Source of the DNA: an uncultured delta proteobacterium
Lineage (GTDB): Bacteria; Desulfobacterota; Binatia; UBA9968
NCBI GenBank assembly: GCA_963728565.1
Contig: CAVSLC010000015.1
Coordinates: forward strand, 1-64,000
Direction: 5' to 3'
Length of the DNA: 64,000 nucleotides
Below the pieces are notes generated by a model. It did no database searches, was not told the DNA's origin, and saw nothing but the letters and a program-made list of their open reading frames with translations. The position numbers and the translations under genes were made by a program. The stretch's first letter is position 1. Each line of letters opens with the position of its first letter. This document shows positions 41,020 through 51,660 of the stretch, in pieces.

Positions 41020-41546
41020 GGCGACCTTTCCAACAATACTGGATTCCGACCGGAGTTATCATACACACTCCACCTATCCGCTAAAAGCCGGTAGTGATGC
41101 TCGAAATTATCGCGGCTGCGCGTGAAGCGGCGCAGAACATCCCTTCGCGGGACGTTGTGACCACCTTGTTTGACCCGGGCCGCAATACGACGCAGCGCGA
41201 GCTGCGGCGACGAGATGCGCAAATAGACGATTTCAATTCGCCGGCCGGCAGCTTTCCAACGCTTTAATCTACTTAGATAATTGAGGCCACTCAACGTGCT
41301 CTCGAAGGCAAAATCACTTCCCGCGTCGGCAAGCCGATCGAGTTCTTGGAGAAACAAGCGTCCGGCGGCAAACGCGGCCAATTCCGGTCGCAATGGGGAG
41401 AGCCCAGTGGCGATTAAATCCGGATTGACGAAATGGATTACAGCCGCCTCCTTGGCCAAGAACTCACGCGCAAAGGTGGTCTTTCCTGCTCCGTTGGGTC
41501 CCGCAATGATGATGCATCTTGGAGATAAAAGCCCCTGTTTATTCAT
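41016..41546 (-). CDS. Zeta-toxin-like P-loop ATPase
   Basis: IAGPNGAGKTT, FAFESTLSG, RVKQGGHNVP, YDNS. Confidence 0.88.
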   Translation of the reverse strand: MNKQGLLSPRCIIIAGPNGAGKTTFAREFLAKEAAVIHFVNPDLIATGLSPLRPELAAFAAGRLFLQELDRLADAGSDFAFESTLSGLNYLSRLKRWKAAGRRIEIVYLRISSPQLALRRIAARVKQGGHNVPRRDVLRRFTRSRDNFEHHYRLLADRWSVYDNSGRNPVLLERSP

Positions 41547-41678
41547 GGGCGCGATTCTAAGTACGGCAGCCTACATTACACAACTTCTCGCTCCGACCAT
41601 TCAACCGATTCGACAGGCGTCACATCCATGTTTTATGACGCGACTCGTTTCGCCTGCTCCGGACCGCAACCTTTGCCC

Positions 41679-42101
41679 TCAGCTGCCGCTCGTGCGGTTC
41701 TGCGGCCCGACTTTTTCAATCGTGAGACGGATGGCAATACGCCCTTCAGCGAGAGTCTTCTTGCGGATCTCGTCCCAGCTTGCGGGCTCGCCGCGAATTT
41801 GACGGTGCCAGTCGAGCACGATGTCCATCGCCTGCGGCTGCGCAATCACCTCCGCCTTGCCGTCAATCTGTATATAGTTCGAGCCATTGAACTTTTCCCC
41901 ATATACCAACAAGGATACTTGAGGATTACGCCTGATGTTTTTGACTTTGTAGGTGCTCTCGCGCGCCGTAATTGTGACCCTGCCGTCGCCGCCGATCACC
42001 GGCGAGACCAGCGTCATCTGCAACGAGCCGTCGCGCTTGCGCGCCACCAGCACGCCATGATGATTGTGCCTTAGAAACTCTTGAGCGTCCGCAATGTCCA
42101 T
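41679..42101 (-). CDS. PPOX-class (F420/FMN-binding split barrel) oxidoreductase
   Basis: RDGSLQ, KVKNIRRNPQVSL, YIQIDGKAEV. Confidence 0.85.
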   Translation of the reverse strand: MDIADAQEFLRHNHHGVLVARKRDGSLQMTLVSPVIGGDGRVTITARESTYKVKNIRRNPQVSLLVYGEKFNGSNYIQIDGKAEVIAQPQAMDIVLDWHRQIRGEPASWDEIRKKTLAEGRIAIRLTIEKVGPQNRTSGS

Positions 42102-42190
42102 AGAACCTCCGTTTCAGTTGTGATGCCGCTCGCTGAGTAAGGATGATTCGAGATTAGACTGTGGCTTGTAAATTCGATGGAGCCGGCGGG

Positions 42191-43147
42191 TTACTTCTTC
42201 TTCAACACTTCGTCGACCAGCGACGGGTCCGCCACTTGCTCCCACGAGACGTTTGCGGCGCCTTCCGATTGCAAAACGGCTTTAACAGCGGCGCCGGAGA
42301 CACGAACATCCTCGACGATCAGCGGGACATATATATTATACGATTCGACCGCAGTCGCTTCATCGGTGGAAAAAAACTCGCGCAAGAACCGGATCGCGTC
42401 GGCCTTTTGGCTCTTGATCCAATGCATCGCATCGATTTGCCCTCGGATCATCCGTTTCACTTGCTCCCGGTTGCGCTCGATCTTGGCGGCCGTGGTTGAG
42501 ATTCCGGTAAAAGGAATATTGAGAACATCTCCGGCCGAGCCGAGAAAACGAAAGCCTTGTTGCTTGGCGATCACCGAGTGCGGTAAAGAAAGCGTCGCCG
42601 CATCCATTTGCCCGGCGAGCAAAGCTTGATAGCGCGTCTCCGACCCGCCCATCGAGATCACGGCGGCGTCTCTTTTCGGATCCAGGCCGGCTTTTTGAAG
42701 CAGAGCACGAGCCACCAAGTCGTCGGTGGCGCCGATATTCGAGATCGCGATCTTCTTGCCGCGTAGCTCGTTGATCGACTGCAAATTCGGCCGCGCCACT
42801 AAAGTGTGAAAAGATGACTTGAGGCCGATCGTAACCAGCTTGAGCGGAATACCCTTGGAAGCCGCCCGGATGACCGTGCCGGTCATCCAACTGTAGTCGA
42901 TCTCACCGGCGTGCAGAGCGACCGCCGAAAGGTTGGGCCGAATCGTGATGACTTCCGATTCGATACCGTGTTTGCGAAAAAACCCCTTTTCATGCGCGAC
43001 CCAGGGATCGAAGAAGCCGATGGACTTGGATGAAACACCGATCAGCACCCGTTCGCGGCCGGATTCAGCCGCCGGCGCCGTTCCATTACCGATGGCGCAT
43101 AAAACTAAAACAGCTATTGCCGCACTTTGGAGAAATAACATCAACAC
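42191..43147 (-). CDS. ABC substrate-binding protein, NMT1/SsuA family
   Basis: VAHEKGFFRKHGIE, ELRGKKIAI. Confidence 0.87.
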   Translation of the reverse strand: MLMLFLQSAAIAVLVLCAIGNGTAPAAESGRERVLIGVSSKSIGFFDPWVAHEKGFFRKHGIESEVITIRPNLSAVALHAGEIDYSWMTGTVIRAASKGIPLKLVTIGLKSSFHTLVARPNLQSINELRGKKIAISNIGATDDLVARALLQKAGLDPKRDAAVISMGGSETRYQALLAGQMDAATLSLPHSVIAKQQGFRFLGSAGDVLNIPFTGISTTAAKIERNREQVKRMIRGQIDAMHWIKSQKADAIRFLREFFSTDEATAVESYNIYVPLIVEDVRVSGAAVKAVLQSEGAANVSWEQVADPSLVDEVLKKK

Positions 43148-43602
43148 CTACTTCGAGGTTTCGGGAAGTTTCACCGCAGAGACGCGGAGTACGCCGAGTT
43201 TCGAGAGAATGTTATTGTCAACGCCTGTGTATCTCCGGACTAAGCCCGGACTCCGCAGTCAAACCACGAATGCTGGACGCGAGGTGGAATCCTGGAGCAG
43301 CGAAGGCGCCCGACGTGAAGTTTCAAAGTGGTTTTGCGCTCTCGCACGTCGTTGCTATGAGGCTTAAACATCCCATTCGAAGCACCGCTGAGCGATGTCT
43401 GCTCAGAGGCAGAAACCCATCGACTTCGCTGCGGAAGGATTGTGCCTCGCGCTTTCTGTCAAATCGCAACTGCGGAATCCGGGCTGAGTGCTACTTCGGA
43501 ATTGCCGCCTACAATTCCATCGGAGTTTTATCGCAGGAGGCGCGGCGTGGCGCCGAGTTGAAAAAATCTTTTCCGCGGCAAAATATCTTTGCACTATGGT
43601 TA

Positions 43603-44628
43603 TTACCTCTTCGGCAGAAGAACTTCTTTCAATTTCGCAACAGTGTCTGGCTGGAGATCAAAAAGAGTGCCGAACTTCTTGGCAATGGTTGGTCCGTCAA
43701 TGACTTCGATATCGAGCTTGGATTTGTTAGCTTCAGCCAAAAACTCGGTATCTTTCAGAGTGTCAACGAAAGCCTTCTGTAAGAGGTCGAGGCGGTCCTT
43801 GGCCATGCCCGGCGGAACGGTGTAGGGGAACTGCGCGCCGTGGGCGCTGTCGGCGACGGTGACTAGCTGCTTGGCCAAATCTGTCTTGGCGTAGTTGATC
43901 GCCAGCGGCACTTTCTTGTACCTCGGATGCGACTGGAGCGATGCTTGCAGGACGGCATGAATCTTTCCGCTCTCATAGGCGTTGCGCCAAACCGTTTCGA
44001 CGGTCTGCCAGGAACCGCAATAGCCGTCGACCTCGCCCGATTCGACGGCTAGCCGCGCATCGGCGCCGCCCTTATAGCCTTCGAGTACGTCGAGCGGCAG
44101 GTTCAACGCAGCTTTGAGGAGTCTGGGAATATCCGAAGTGCTCGTCCCCGGGCCTATGGAGGAAATCTTCATGGGACGCTTTGCCTTGAACCAATCGTCT
44201 ATCGTCGCGATGCCGCTCTTGTCGTTGAACGTGCAAACCGTGTCGTAAGGGCTTGGCACGCCGAGATAGCCGAATTTTCGCGCATCGAACTTGACCGCCT
44301 CATTGCCCATGATCTGCTGCAGCACCAGGGGCGCGGCCCAGGCGCCGATAGTGAGACCATCAGGCTTGGCGATATTGTAAAGATGATTCGCCGCAATGAT
44401 GCCGCTGGCGCCGGTCATGTTCTCTACCAGAGTGGTGGGATTACCGGGAACATGCTTTGAGAAATGGCGCGCAATCACCCGGGTGTAGAGATCAAAGGAA
44501 CCGCCCGCCGAATAGCCGACGATAAAGCGGATGGTCTTGTCCTTATGGAATTCCTGCGCCCCAGCCGGTTTCCCGGGAAGCGCTGCTAAAAATATCAAAG
44601 CGATCCATGTTGAAACAATCCGTCGCAT
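43603..44628 (-). CDS. TTT substrate-binding protein (TctC/Bug)
   Basis: GYSAGGSFD, ENMTGA, PDGLTIG, ESGEVDG. Confidence 0.9.
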   Translation of the reverse strand: MRRIVSTWIALIFLAALPGKPAGAQEFHKDKTIRFIVGYSAGGSFDLYTRVIARHFSKHVPGNPTTLVENMTGASGIIAANHLYNIAKPDGLTIGAWAAPLVLQQIMGNEAVKFDARKFGYLGVPSPYDTVCTFNDKSGIATIDDWFKAKRPMKISSIGPGTSTSDIPRLLKAALNLPLDVLEGYKGGADARLAVESGEVDGYCGSWQTVETVWRNAYESGKIHAVLQASLQSHPRYKKVPLAINYAKTDLAKQLVTVADSAHGAQFPYTVPPGMAKDRLDLLQKAFVDTLKDTEFLAEANKSKLDIEVIDGPTIAKKFGTLFDLQPDTVAKLKEVLLPKR

Positions 44629-44645
44629 AGTCCTCCTCCAAGTTG

Positions 44646-45248
44646 CTAGCCCCTGCCGATGAAAGGAATAGTTTTCTTTTCCGTGCGCTCGAGATAGCGC
44701 ACAAAGGTGTATTTATTCTCGGCAAGATCGGTGTTCGGTCTCGGGATCTCGCGATGCAGCAAGCTTTCTTCGACTTTACAAACAAAGAATGCCAGCTCAT
44801 TGCCGGCTAAAGCATCGATGCCATGCTTTTTGAAGTCTTCAATATCGCGTATCGTGCGCGCGCTCTTGATGCCCGCGCCTTTAGCCATCGCTTCCAGATC
44901 CGTGTTTCCGGAAGTTGCCGTGGCATAGCTGATGCGGCTGCCGCTGTAGACGCCGTTGTCAAAGACATAAACGATAAGGTTCTTAGGCTGCAGATTGCCC
45001 AGAGTGGCGAGATTGAACAACGACAACAGCACGCTGCCGTCGGAGTCGAGCACGATCACCTTGCGGTGCGGCAGAGCTAGCGCCAAGCCCATGCCGACGC
45101 CGATGGCACATCCCATCATGCCCACCAACAAATTGCCTTGGTGTTTCGACAAGTGCGACCACTCGATACGCTGGCCGCTCTGGGAGGTCACCAGTAATTG
45201 ATCGGTTATGTTCGCGGCCAGCAGTTCCAGGCATTGGTAGCGAATCAT
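44646..45248 (-). CDS. TPP-binding beta subunit, ComE/phosphonopyruvate decarboxylase-like
   Basis: GMMG...GMGLALA, DSDGS...FDNG. Confidence 0.85.
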   Translation of the reverse strand: MIRYQCLELLAANITDQLLVTSQSGQRIEWSHLSKHQGNLLVGMMGCAIGVGMGLALALPHRKVIVLDSDGSVLLSLFNLATLGNLQPKNLIVYVFDNGVYSGSRISYATATSGNTDLEAMAKGAGIKSARTIRDIEDFKKHGIDALAGNELAFFVCKVEESLLHREIPRPNTDLAENKYTFVRYLERTEKKTIPFIGRG

Positions 45249-45751
45249 AGCGAAAACTCCCCGGCAAACAGCAGCGCAAAGGGCGCTCGCAAAGCATTCA
45301 TGCCGCGCACTGCGTCTTTGATTTTGATCTCCAGCCGGTCGCCGTCTTCGAGCAGCATGTGCTCGATGCCCAATCCCTGCAGAACCGGAATCGTATGATT
45401 GCCGATGGTGGCGTATAGAAAACTATTGCGCTGATCGGCGACCCCGCCCAAGAATCCCACAACCAGCAGTATCGGCACACCCAATTGCTTGCCCACCGCG
45501 AGCAGGCTGTAGCTGGACACATAGATGCCGGTATTTTCCATATACACGGCGGCCTGCTTGCCGCCGAGAGTGGCGCCGCCGGCAATCGTCACCGCTTCCT
45601 GCTCGCTTGCCGCTGCAATCAACTCCATCTCGGGGTCGTCTCGAATCAGGGGAACGATCTGGCTAAGCCGGGTTTCCGGCAGGTAAGTAACGAAGTTGAC
45701 CCCAGCGTCTTTGAGACCCCGAACGATCCGTTTGGCTAGTTCGTCTGTCAT
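45245..45751 (-). CDS. TPP-enzyme alpha subunit, ComD-like
   Basis: YLPETRL, SEQEAV, YMENTG; ATGA coupling to beta. Confidence 0.85.
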   Translation of the reverse strand: MTDELAKRIVRGLKDAGVNFVTYLPETRLSQIVPLIRDDPEMELIAAASEQEAVTIAGGATLGGKQAAVYMENTGIYVSSYSLLAVGKQLGVPILLVVGFLGGVADQRNSFLYATIGNHTIPVLQGLGIEHMLLEDGDRLEIKIKDAVRGMNALRAPFALLFAGEFSL

Positions 45752-45835
45752 AGATGGTGTGATGAATTACCAAATGAACAACCCCGTGGCAAACTGTCGA
45801 GGTATGAAGCGGCCCTCAGATTTTCCCCCCGGGTT

Positions 45836-45911
45836 GTCATCCTCCTGACTGTTTTAATCGGGGATCCAGTCCTACTCGCCTGGATTTCCGCTGTAAGCAT
45901 GCGGGAATGAC
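45836..45911. repeat. REP-like palindrome of the GTCATTCCCG...CGGGAATGAC type
   Basis: GTCATCC...GGGGATCCAG..CTGGATTTCC...CGGGAATGAC. Confidence 0.5.
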
Positions 45912-46015
45912 GGACTCTAGCAGAGCCTCCAACTGCCGTTGCGCATCAACGTGCGTGGAATTGAGATGAAAGTTACTTCCTCACAGCGGCCGACTAAAGT
46001 TTCACCTTTCCGCTT

Positions 46016-48277
46016 TCAGCTTTCATCCTTGTTTTTCTTCGCCTGTAAGGCGAGTAAAACCTTCTCGGCCGTGATCGGCAAATCATAGATGCGCACGCCG
46101 ACCGCGTCATGCACGGCGTTGGCGATGGCCGCCGCGGTTGGGATAACCGGCGGCTCGCCGATGCTCATGGCGCCGTACGGTCCATTGCCTACCGGATTCT
46201 CCTGGATAATCGTCTGCAGCGGCGGGATATCCATGATCGATGGAATCTTATTGTCGCCGAAGTTGGTGGTCATCACCCTACCGCCATCGATCATCACCTC
46301 TTCCATGAGCGCGTAACCGATGCCCATGACGACGCCGCCGTCGATCTGGCCTTGATGCATGAGCGGGTTGAGTACGGTTCCGGTGCTGTGCGCGCTGGTA
46401 AACCGCTTGACGGTTACCTGGCCGGTTTCACGATCGACCTCTACTTCGGCGATCTGAGCGCAAAGCGCAGCCTCGGGACCGGATTCGAAATTCTTGTAGA
46501 AGCCGTGGCCGCGAATTCCCTCGCCGCTGGCTTGAGCGATCTCGCCATAGCGGATGCTCTTGCCCGCCGGGGTCCGCGCCGTTCCGTCTCCAGCCAGAAA
46601 CAGCTCTTCCTTGGCAACACTCAATTTGTAGCTGGCAAGCTGAAGCAATTGTTCTTTGGCTTGCGCCGCAGCGAGCCGGGTTGCGTGTCCGAAAATGCGC
46701 GTGCCCCGACTTGCGCCGATTCCGGTATCCGGGCCGACCTCGCTGGTATCCAACGTCGCCACCCGGATCTTCTCCAGCGGCAGCTTGAGTTCTTCGGCCG
46801 CCACCAGCCGCATTGCGGTGTGGGTTCCCGCCCCTTGATCGAGCATCGCGGTAGCAACGGTAGCCGTCCCCTGGCCATCGATCGTGACCAGCGCGTGGCA
46901 CTCACCACCCAGCGGCAGCCACTGGGCCAAGCCGATTCCACGGCCGGTATTTTTTCGCTTGGGCCGGCGATAGCCCGACTTTTCCACGATGCTTTCGACG
47001 AGCTCGGCGCTTTTGATATGCGGAATGACGTGGCCGATCGGCGAAAGCTCACCGTCGTGGAGCAAATTCTTTTGCCTGAAAGCCACCGGATCCATGCCGA
47101 GCTGCCTGGCGATAAGATCCATCTGCGATTCGTTGGCGAAAAAGCCCTGGGGATCTCCCGGCGCGCGCATATGCCCGCAGGGAATTTTGTTGGTGTAAAC
47201 GATTTGCTCGCGGATAAAAACGTTGGGAATGCGGTAAGGTCCGGCGGCCTCTTTGGGGCCGACCAGATAACCCTGCGGCTTGAAAGCGCCGTAGGCGCCG
47301 CTGTCGAATACATAGTCCATGCGATGAGCGATCAGCCGGCCGTCTTTGTTGATTCCGGTTTTTACCCGGACGATTGCAGCGTGACGCGGATTTCCGGCGA
47401 CGAATTCTTCCGAATAATCCATCACCATCTTCACCGGGCGACCGCTCTTAAGCGACAGCAGATAGCAGACCGGCACATCCATGAAATCGCCTTTGCCGCC
47501 GAAGCAACCGCCGATATAACAAGGATGCACCGTGAAATGCTCAAAACCTTTGCCGAACGCTGTTGCCAACTGTTCGCGCAGCGCGAAGGGCACTTTCGAG
47601 CAGGCCCAGATGTCGGCATTATTTTCAGCTTGTGCTTGGACGACGCAAGCGTGCGGCTCTATATAAGCCTGATGGACCGGTCTGGTGGTAAAAACATTTT
47701 CGACGACGATGTCGGATTCGCGGAACCCCGCTTCGACATCGCCCTTCTTCCAGTTCATGTCGACAAAAACGTTGCTCGGCGTTTGAATTGGATGAAGCAG
47801 GCCGCGATAATCGGTTACGTTCGGATGAAGCAGCGCCGCGTCCGGTTTGATCGCATCGAGCGGATCGAGCAGCGCTTCCAGCTCTTCGTACTCGACGTTG
47901 ATCAATTCCACCGCCTGTTCGGCAATCGCCTCGCTGTCGGCCGCCACCGCCGCCACTTTCTCGCCGATGAACCTGACAACGCCGTCGGCGAGGATCGGCA
48001 TATCGTAGATTTTCCGGCCGATCAAAAGACCTTTGACATCTTCGCCGGTGGCAACCGCGCGCACGCCGGGCAAAGCCAACGCGCGGCTGGTATCGATCTT
48101 GGTGATGCGGCCGTAGGAAATCGGGCTGCGCAAAACTTTACACCAGAGCATTTCCGGCAACACTACGTCAGTGGCATAAAGCGCGCGGCCCGATACTTTT
48201 TCCGGACCTTCCAGACGCTGTGTCGGCGTGCCGATGATATTGCGGAATTTATGATTTAGAGGATCGACCGCTTTCAC
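46016..48277 (-). CDS. Xanthine dehydrogenase/CoxL-family molybdopterin-binding subunit
   Basis: VRFIGE, YIEPH, GGCFGGK, MRAPG, DQGAG, ASRG, GQIDGG, IGEPP; GTG start overlaps the upstream stop (GTGA). Confidence 0.92.
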   Translation of the reverse strand: MKAVDPLNHKFRNIIGTPTQRLEGPEKVSGRALYATDVVLPEMLWCKVLRSPISYGRITKIDTSRALALPGVRAVATGEDVKGLLIGRKIYDMPILADGVVRFIGEKVAAVAADSEAIAEQAVELINVEYEELEALLDPLDAIKPDAALLHPNVTDYRGLLHPIQTPSNVFVDMNWKKGDVEAGFRESDIVVENVFTTRPVHQAYIEPHACVVQAQAENNADIWACSKVPFALREQLATAFGKGFEHFTVHPCYIGGCFGGKGDFMDVPVCYLLSLKSGRPVKMVMDYSEEFVAGNPRHAAIVRVKTGINKDGRLIAHRMDYVFDSGAYGAFKPQGYLVGPKEAAGPYRIPNVFIREQIVYTNKIPCGHMRAPGDPQGFFANESQMDLIARQLGMDPVAFRQKNLLHDGELSPIGHVIPHIKSAELVESIVEKSGYRRPKRKNTGRGIGLAQWLPLGGECHALVTIDGQGTATVATAMLDQGAGTHTAMRLVAAEELKLPLEKIRVATLDTSEVGPDTGIGASRGTRIFGHATRLAAAQAKEQLLQLASYKLSVAKEELFLAGDGTARTPAGKSIRYGEIAQASGEGIRGHGFYKNFESGPEAALCAQIAEVEVDRETGQVTVKRFTSAHSTGTVLNPLMHQGQIDGGVVMGIGYALMEEVMIDGGRVMTTNFGDNKIPSIMDIPPLQTIIQENPVGNGPYGAMSIGEPPVIPTAAAIANAVHDAVGVRIYDLPITAEKVLLALQAKKNKDES

Positions 48278-49035
48278 TGTGATCCCCTGCCGGCTGAGTC
48301 CAGAGCGGCTTGCAGGCATACGCCGTGCAGATCCACGGCCGTCAGCCCGCAATATTCCAGACTATAGCCGGGCCGCGCGGTGGCCATCCCGTCCTCAAAG
48401 AGCCGCTGCAAAACCAGCCGTCTGAAACTGCCGTGACCCATCACGCCATCGTGCTCCTCGAGGTCGGCCTCTTCATGAGTCGAAAAATAGACCGCCTGCT
48501 CGCGGCTCAGCCCGTAATGTCCGGTCAGCGCTTTAAAAAATTCCGCCGACCAGTAGCCGGTCTGCTCTTCGGTCGCCCCCGCGGCATAGAACTCGGCGAC
48601 GGTTCCCTCCCAGAGGATCGATCGTTTGAAATCGAGCTTGGCGCGAAACTCGGCCAGCATCGGCGCGAGAAAAATCTCATCTTCTGTAATGCCCAGCGCC
48701 TTGGCGGTTTCCACTACGACATGGACATGACCCGGAGGCTTGGGGTGAATCAACTCATCGGCCAGCTTTGCCGCCATCGGACCCATGAGATCGCGATGCT
48801 TGCGGAAAAAAGAAATGTGCTTGTGGTAAGACGCAGCCTCCAGCGTGTTGATCTCGATGGTATACGAACCCCAGTTCTTAAAAAAAATCCTCAAGGCATT
48901 CTCGGAAAGCTTTCCGGCCCGCAACTGCTTCATGAACGATCCGTCGGTCACTCTCTCCTGCCAGCGCTTGGCGACTTTGCGGTAATGCTCATCGACTAGG
49001 TTTTTGGCCTGCTGGCTTTCCATCGAGGTTGTCAT
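48274..49035 (-). CDS. Heme-oxygenase-like diiron oxidase (TenA/PqqC/CADD superfamily)
   Basis: LADEL...PGH, TEEQ, YFSTHEEAD...GH. Confidence 0.75.
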   Translation of the reverse strand: MTTSMESQQAKNLVDEHYRKVAKRWQERVTDGSFMKQLRAGKLSENALRIFFKNWGSYTIEINTLEAASYHKHISFFRKHRDLMGPMAAKLADELIHPKPPGHVHVVVETAKALGITEDEIFLAPMLAEFRAKLDFKRSILWEGTVAEFYAAGATEEQTGYWSAEFFKALTGHYGLSREQAVYFSTHEEADLEEHDGVMGHGSFRRLVLQRLFEDGMATARPGYSLEYCGLTAVDLHGVCLQAALDSAGRGSQ

Positions 49036-49077
49036 TGATTATCCTTTATTAATCCTAATCCGACGTTATTCTAAGCC

Positions 49078-49206
49078 CGCGACGCCAGCGAGCCCTACAG
49101 CCGTGGGCAATGGGACAGTGCCTTCAAGGCCGGCCCCGCATTCCCCACGGGTGATGTTTTGTGCGTCGAGGCCTTATAGTCAACTGCGCGTTCGGTGCCC
49201 ACGGCT
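49078..49206. repeat. REP/REPIN-like intergenic inverted repeat
   Basis: AGCCGTGGGCA (49099-49109) / TGCCCACGGCT (49196-49206), perfect IR, preceded by GCCCTAC (GTAG-type REP end). Confidence 0.5.
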
Positions 49207-49261
49207 TCCGGTCTCGCCGTCCTCGCTCACTGCTGACGATGTCGACCATTGTGGGATAGGG

Positions 49262-49862
49262 TTAACCGTGACTGCGGACGATCCTTTTTCCTTCGGTTCG
49301 TTCAAGATACCGAACGAATACATACTTGTTCTCCAGCGGGTCCATATCCGTCCGCGGGATGTTGCGATGCTCTTTGCTTTCTTCCACCTTGCATACGACA
49401 AATTTCAACCGGTTTTCATTCATCGCCGCCGTCATCTCCTGTTTGAACGATTCAAGGTCGCGCACAGTCACAGCATTTTCAATACCGGCGGCTTGCGCCA
49501 TCCTGGCGAGATCGGTTTTTCCCGCAGTGGCCGTCGGTTCGCTGATCCGGGTGCCGCTGTAGGCAGCGTTGTCGAAAACCAAAACTATCAAGTTGTTCAG
49601 ATCGAGATTGGCTAGGGTCGGCAGATTGAACAAAGATAAAAGAACGCTGCCGTCCGATTCCAAGACGATAACTTTTCGCTGCGGCAGAGCCACAGCCAAG
49701 CCCATAGCCGACGCCAAGCGCGGTTCCCATAGTCCCGACCAGAAGATTGCCTTCGTGCTTGGATAAGTGCGCCCACTCGATTTTCTGACCGCTTAACGAA
49801 GTCACGACAATCTGGTCGGTAATCAGCGGCGCGAGGAGCTCGAGACAATGGAAGCGGATCAT
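49262..49862 (-). pseudogene. ComE-like TPP beta subunit with +1 frameshift near 49710
   Basis: MIRFHCLE...GTMGTALGV, then AMGLAVALP..ESDGS in the next frame; collinear with 44646-45248. Confidence 0.85.
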
Positions 49863-50365
49863 CGGGTAAAATCTCCGCTAAACAGAAGAGCCACCGGCAG
49901 CTTGAGCGCCTGGGTGTAGCGCGCCGCGTCTTTGATGCAAACTTCCAGATTATTACCGGTTTCCACCAGCCGGTATTGAATCTCCAGGGCGTCGAGCACC
50001 GGCGTGACATACGCTCCCGAAAGCGCGTAGACGGAATTGTTGCGCTGATCGGCAAAACTGCCCAGATGGGCGATCAGCAGCAGAAGCGGCACTCCGAAAC
50101 GTTTGGCAATCGATAAAATGCCGTAGCAGGAGACGTAGAGCCCGGTGCATTCCATGTAAACTGCAACTTGCTTGCCGCCCAAAGCCGCGCCGGCGCCGAT
50201 CGTGATCGCCTCGGCTTCGCTGGACACCGCAATGAGCTTGAACGAATCGTCGCTTCTAATCAGCGGCAGGATCTGGCTCAGCCTGGTTTCAGGAAGATAG
50301 GTGATCACGTCGATGCCGGCCTCACGTAAGCCGGTGACCAGTTTTTGCGCCAGTTCTTGTTCCAT
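49859..50365 (-). CDS. ComD-like TPP alpha subunit
   Basis: YLPETRL, SEAEAI, YMECTG. Confidence 0.85.
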   Translation of the reverse strand: MEQELAQKLVTGLREAGIDVITYLPETRLSQILPLIRSDDSFKLIAVSSEAEAITIGAGAALGGKQVAVYMECTGLYVSCYGILSIAKRFGVPLLLLIAHLGSFADQRNNSVYALSGAYVTPVLDALEIQYRLVETGNNLEVCIKDAARYTQALKLPVALLFSGDFTR

Positions 50366-50663
50366 ACGGTCACTGCTTTCTTCAGCGACGGAATTGCGCT
50401 CTCATCCCGGAGCGCTCACCCGATGATTCATGACACCAAGCCGCTGTAACAGCGACGGAGCGAGGCTGGAAAGGCGAAGTCGGGCGACCGCAGAAGTCCG
50501 ACGATTTGGCTGGCGCTCGGCCAGCGGTTCTAAGCACTCTGCAGGGTCGCTTGTCCACGGTCCCCGAGGCACACTCCAAGGCACAAACCTTTCGCCTGGC
50601 CTTCGAAGCCTTGCCCCGCCAGCAGCATCACAGGGAGATTTAGCCGGCGCGGGGGAGTATTCG

Positions 50664-51660
50664 TCACTTCACCCCCAGTTCCTGATTAACCTCGCGCTGC
50701 AGTGAAAAATCGAAAATCTTCGACGCGTGAAACCGGCTCCTTCAGTTTGAGAAGCTCGGCTTCGGACTTGAGAAACTCCTCGATCTCTTTATCAGAAGGG
50801 ATACCGTTCAAAGTGAACGCCGGTTTTGCCAGGCGGTAGGATTCCACCGCCACGGGCAGCTCAACGTTCTGATATTTTGCCAGGACTTCGCTGGTGCCGC
50901 GCTCATTTTCCATGAAGTAACGGTTCGCCCGCATGCGCGCGCGCAAGACCCGCTTCAGCACATCTCTTTTTTCGCGCAGAAATTTTTCCGTCACTGCTGT
51001 GCCATTCTGAAGGTTGGCCAGATCTTCCATTGCCGAACCGAGAACGTTCATGTTGTACTTGTCCCGCGCCAGGATAACGGTCGGCGGCGAAAGCGCCGCG
51101 GCATCGATGGTTCTACCGACCAGGCTTTGCAGCTGAGCCGGGACGTCGCCGCCGACGACCACGGTAATATCCTTTTCGTCGACCCCGCCTTTGCGTATCA
51201 GACGCATAGCCGCCGAGTGCTGCGAGCCGCCCAACGTGGTGGTGCCCAAGGTTTTACCTTTGAGCTGAGCAATCGAGGTGATTTCCGGCCTGGATACCAG
51301 CCAGAAGAGGTTGCGTTTGAGACTGACAGTCAAGATCTTCATGGGGAGCTCGCTGCGCTCCAGAGCTCGGATGACCGTGCCGACGCCGTTGGTAGCTTGA
51401 ACCTGCCCGCTCAAGGCCGCGGCGATGGCAACGTTGCCGCGAATCTGAACGATGTCGACATCGAGCCCTTCGTCGCGGAAGAACCCGCGATCTCTGGCGA
51501 TATAAAGATCGATGGCGGCAATGCTGCGGCTCGGAATCGAGAAGATCAGCTTCTCGGCGGCTTGGGCCGGCGCCGACTCGATCGAAAATAAAACCGCGAG
51601 CAGGCACAGAACCGCAGGGAAACCGGCGGCATGGAATTTTTGGCTAAGGGTAATCAGCAT
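50664..51660 (-). CDS. ABC substrate-binding protein, NMT1/SsuA family (frameshift near 50728 in the last ~20 codons)
   Basis: IARDRGFFRDEGLD. The expected tail ASKIFDFSLQREVNQELGVK* is in another frame, ending at 50664. Confidence 0.82.

Noticed and set aside
43150-43600. 250-aa ORF 43030-43782 and intergenic palindromes
   Set aside because: The ORF overlaps two genes antisense. The intergenic DNA looks like degenerate REP-like repeats too decayed to define.
46109-48259. 716-aa plus-strand ORF and other long antisense ORFs (e.g. 2994-3923, 6551-7480, 10525-11544, 30221-31072)
   Set aside because: Shadow ORFs opposite well-supported genes, expected in GC-rich DNA.
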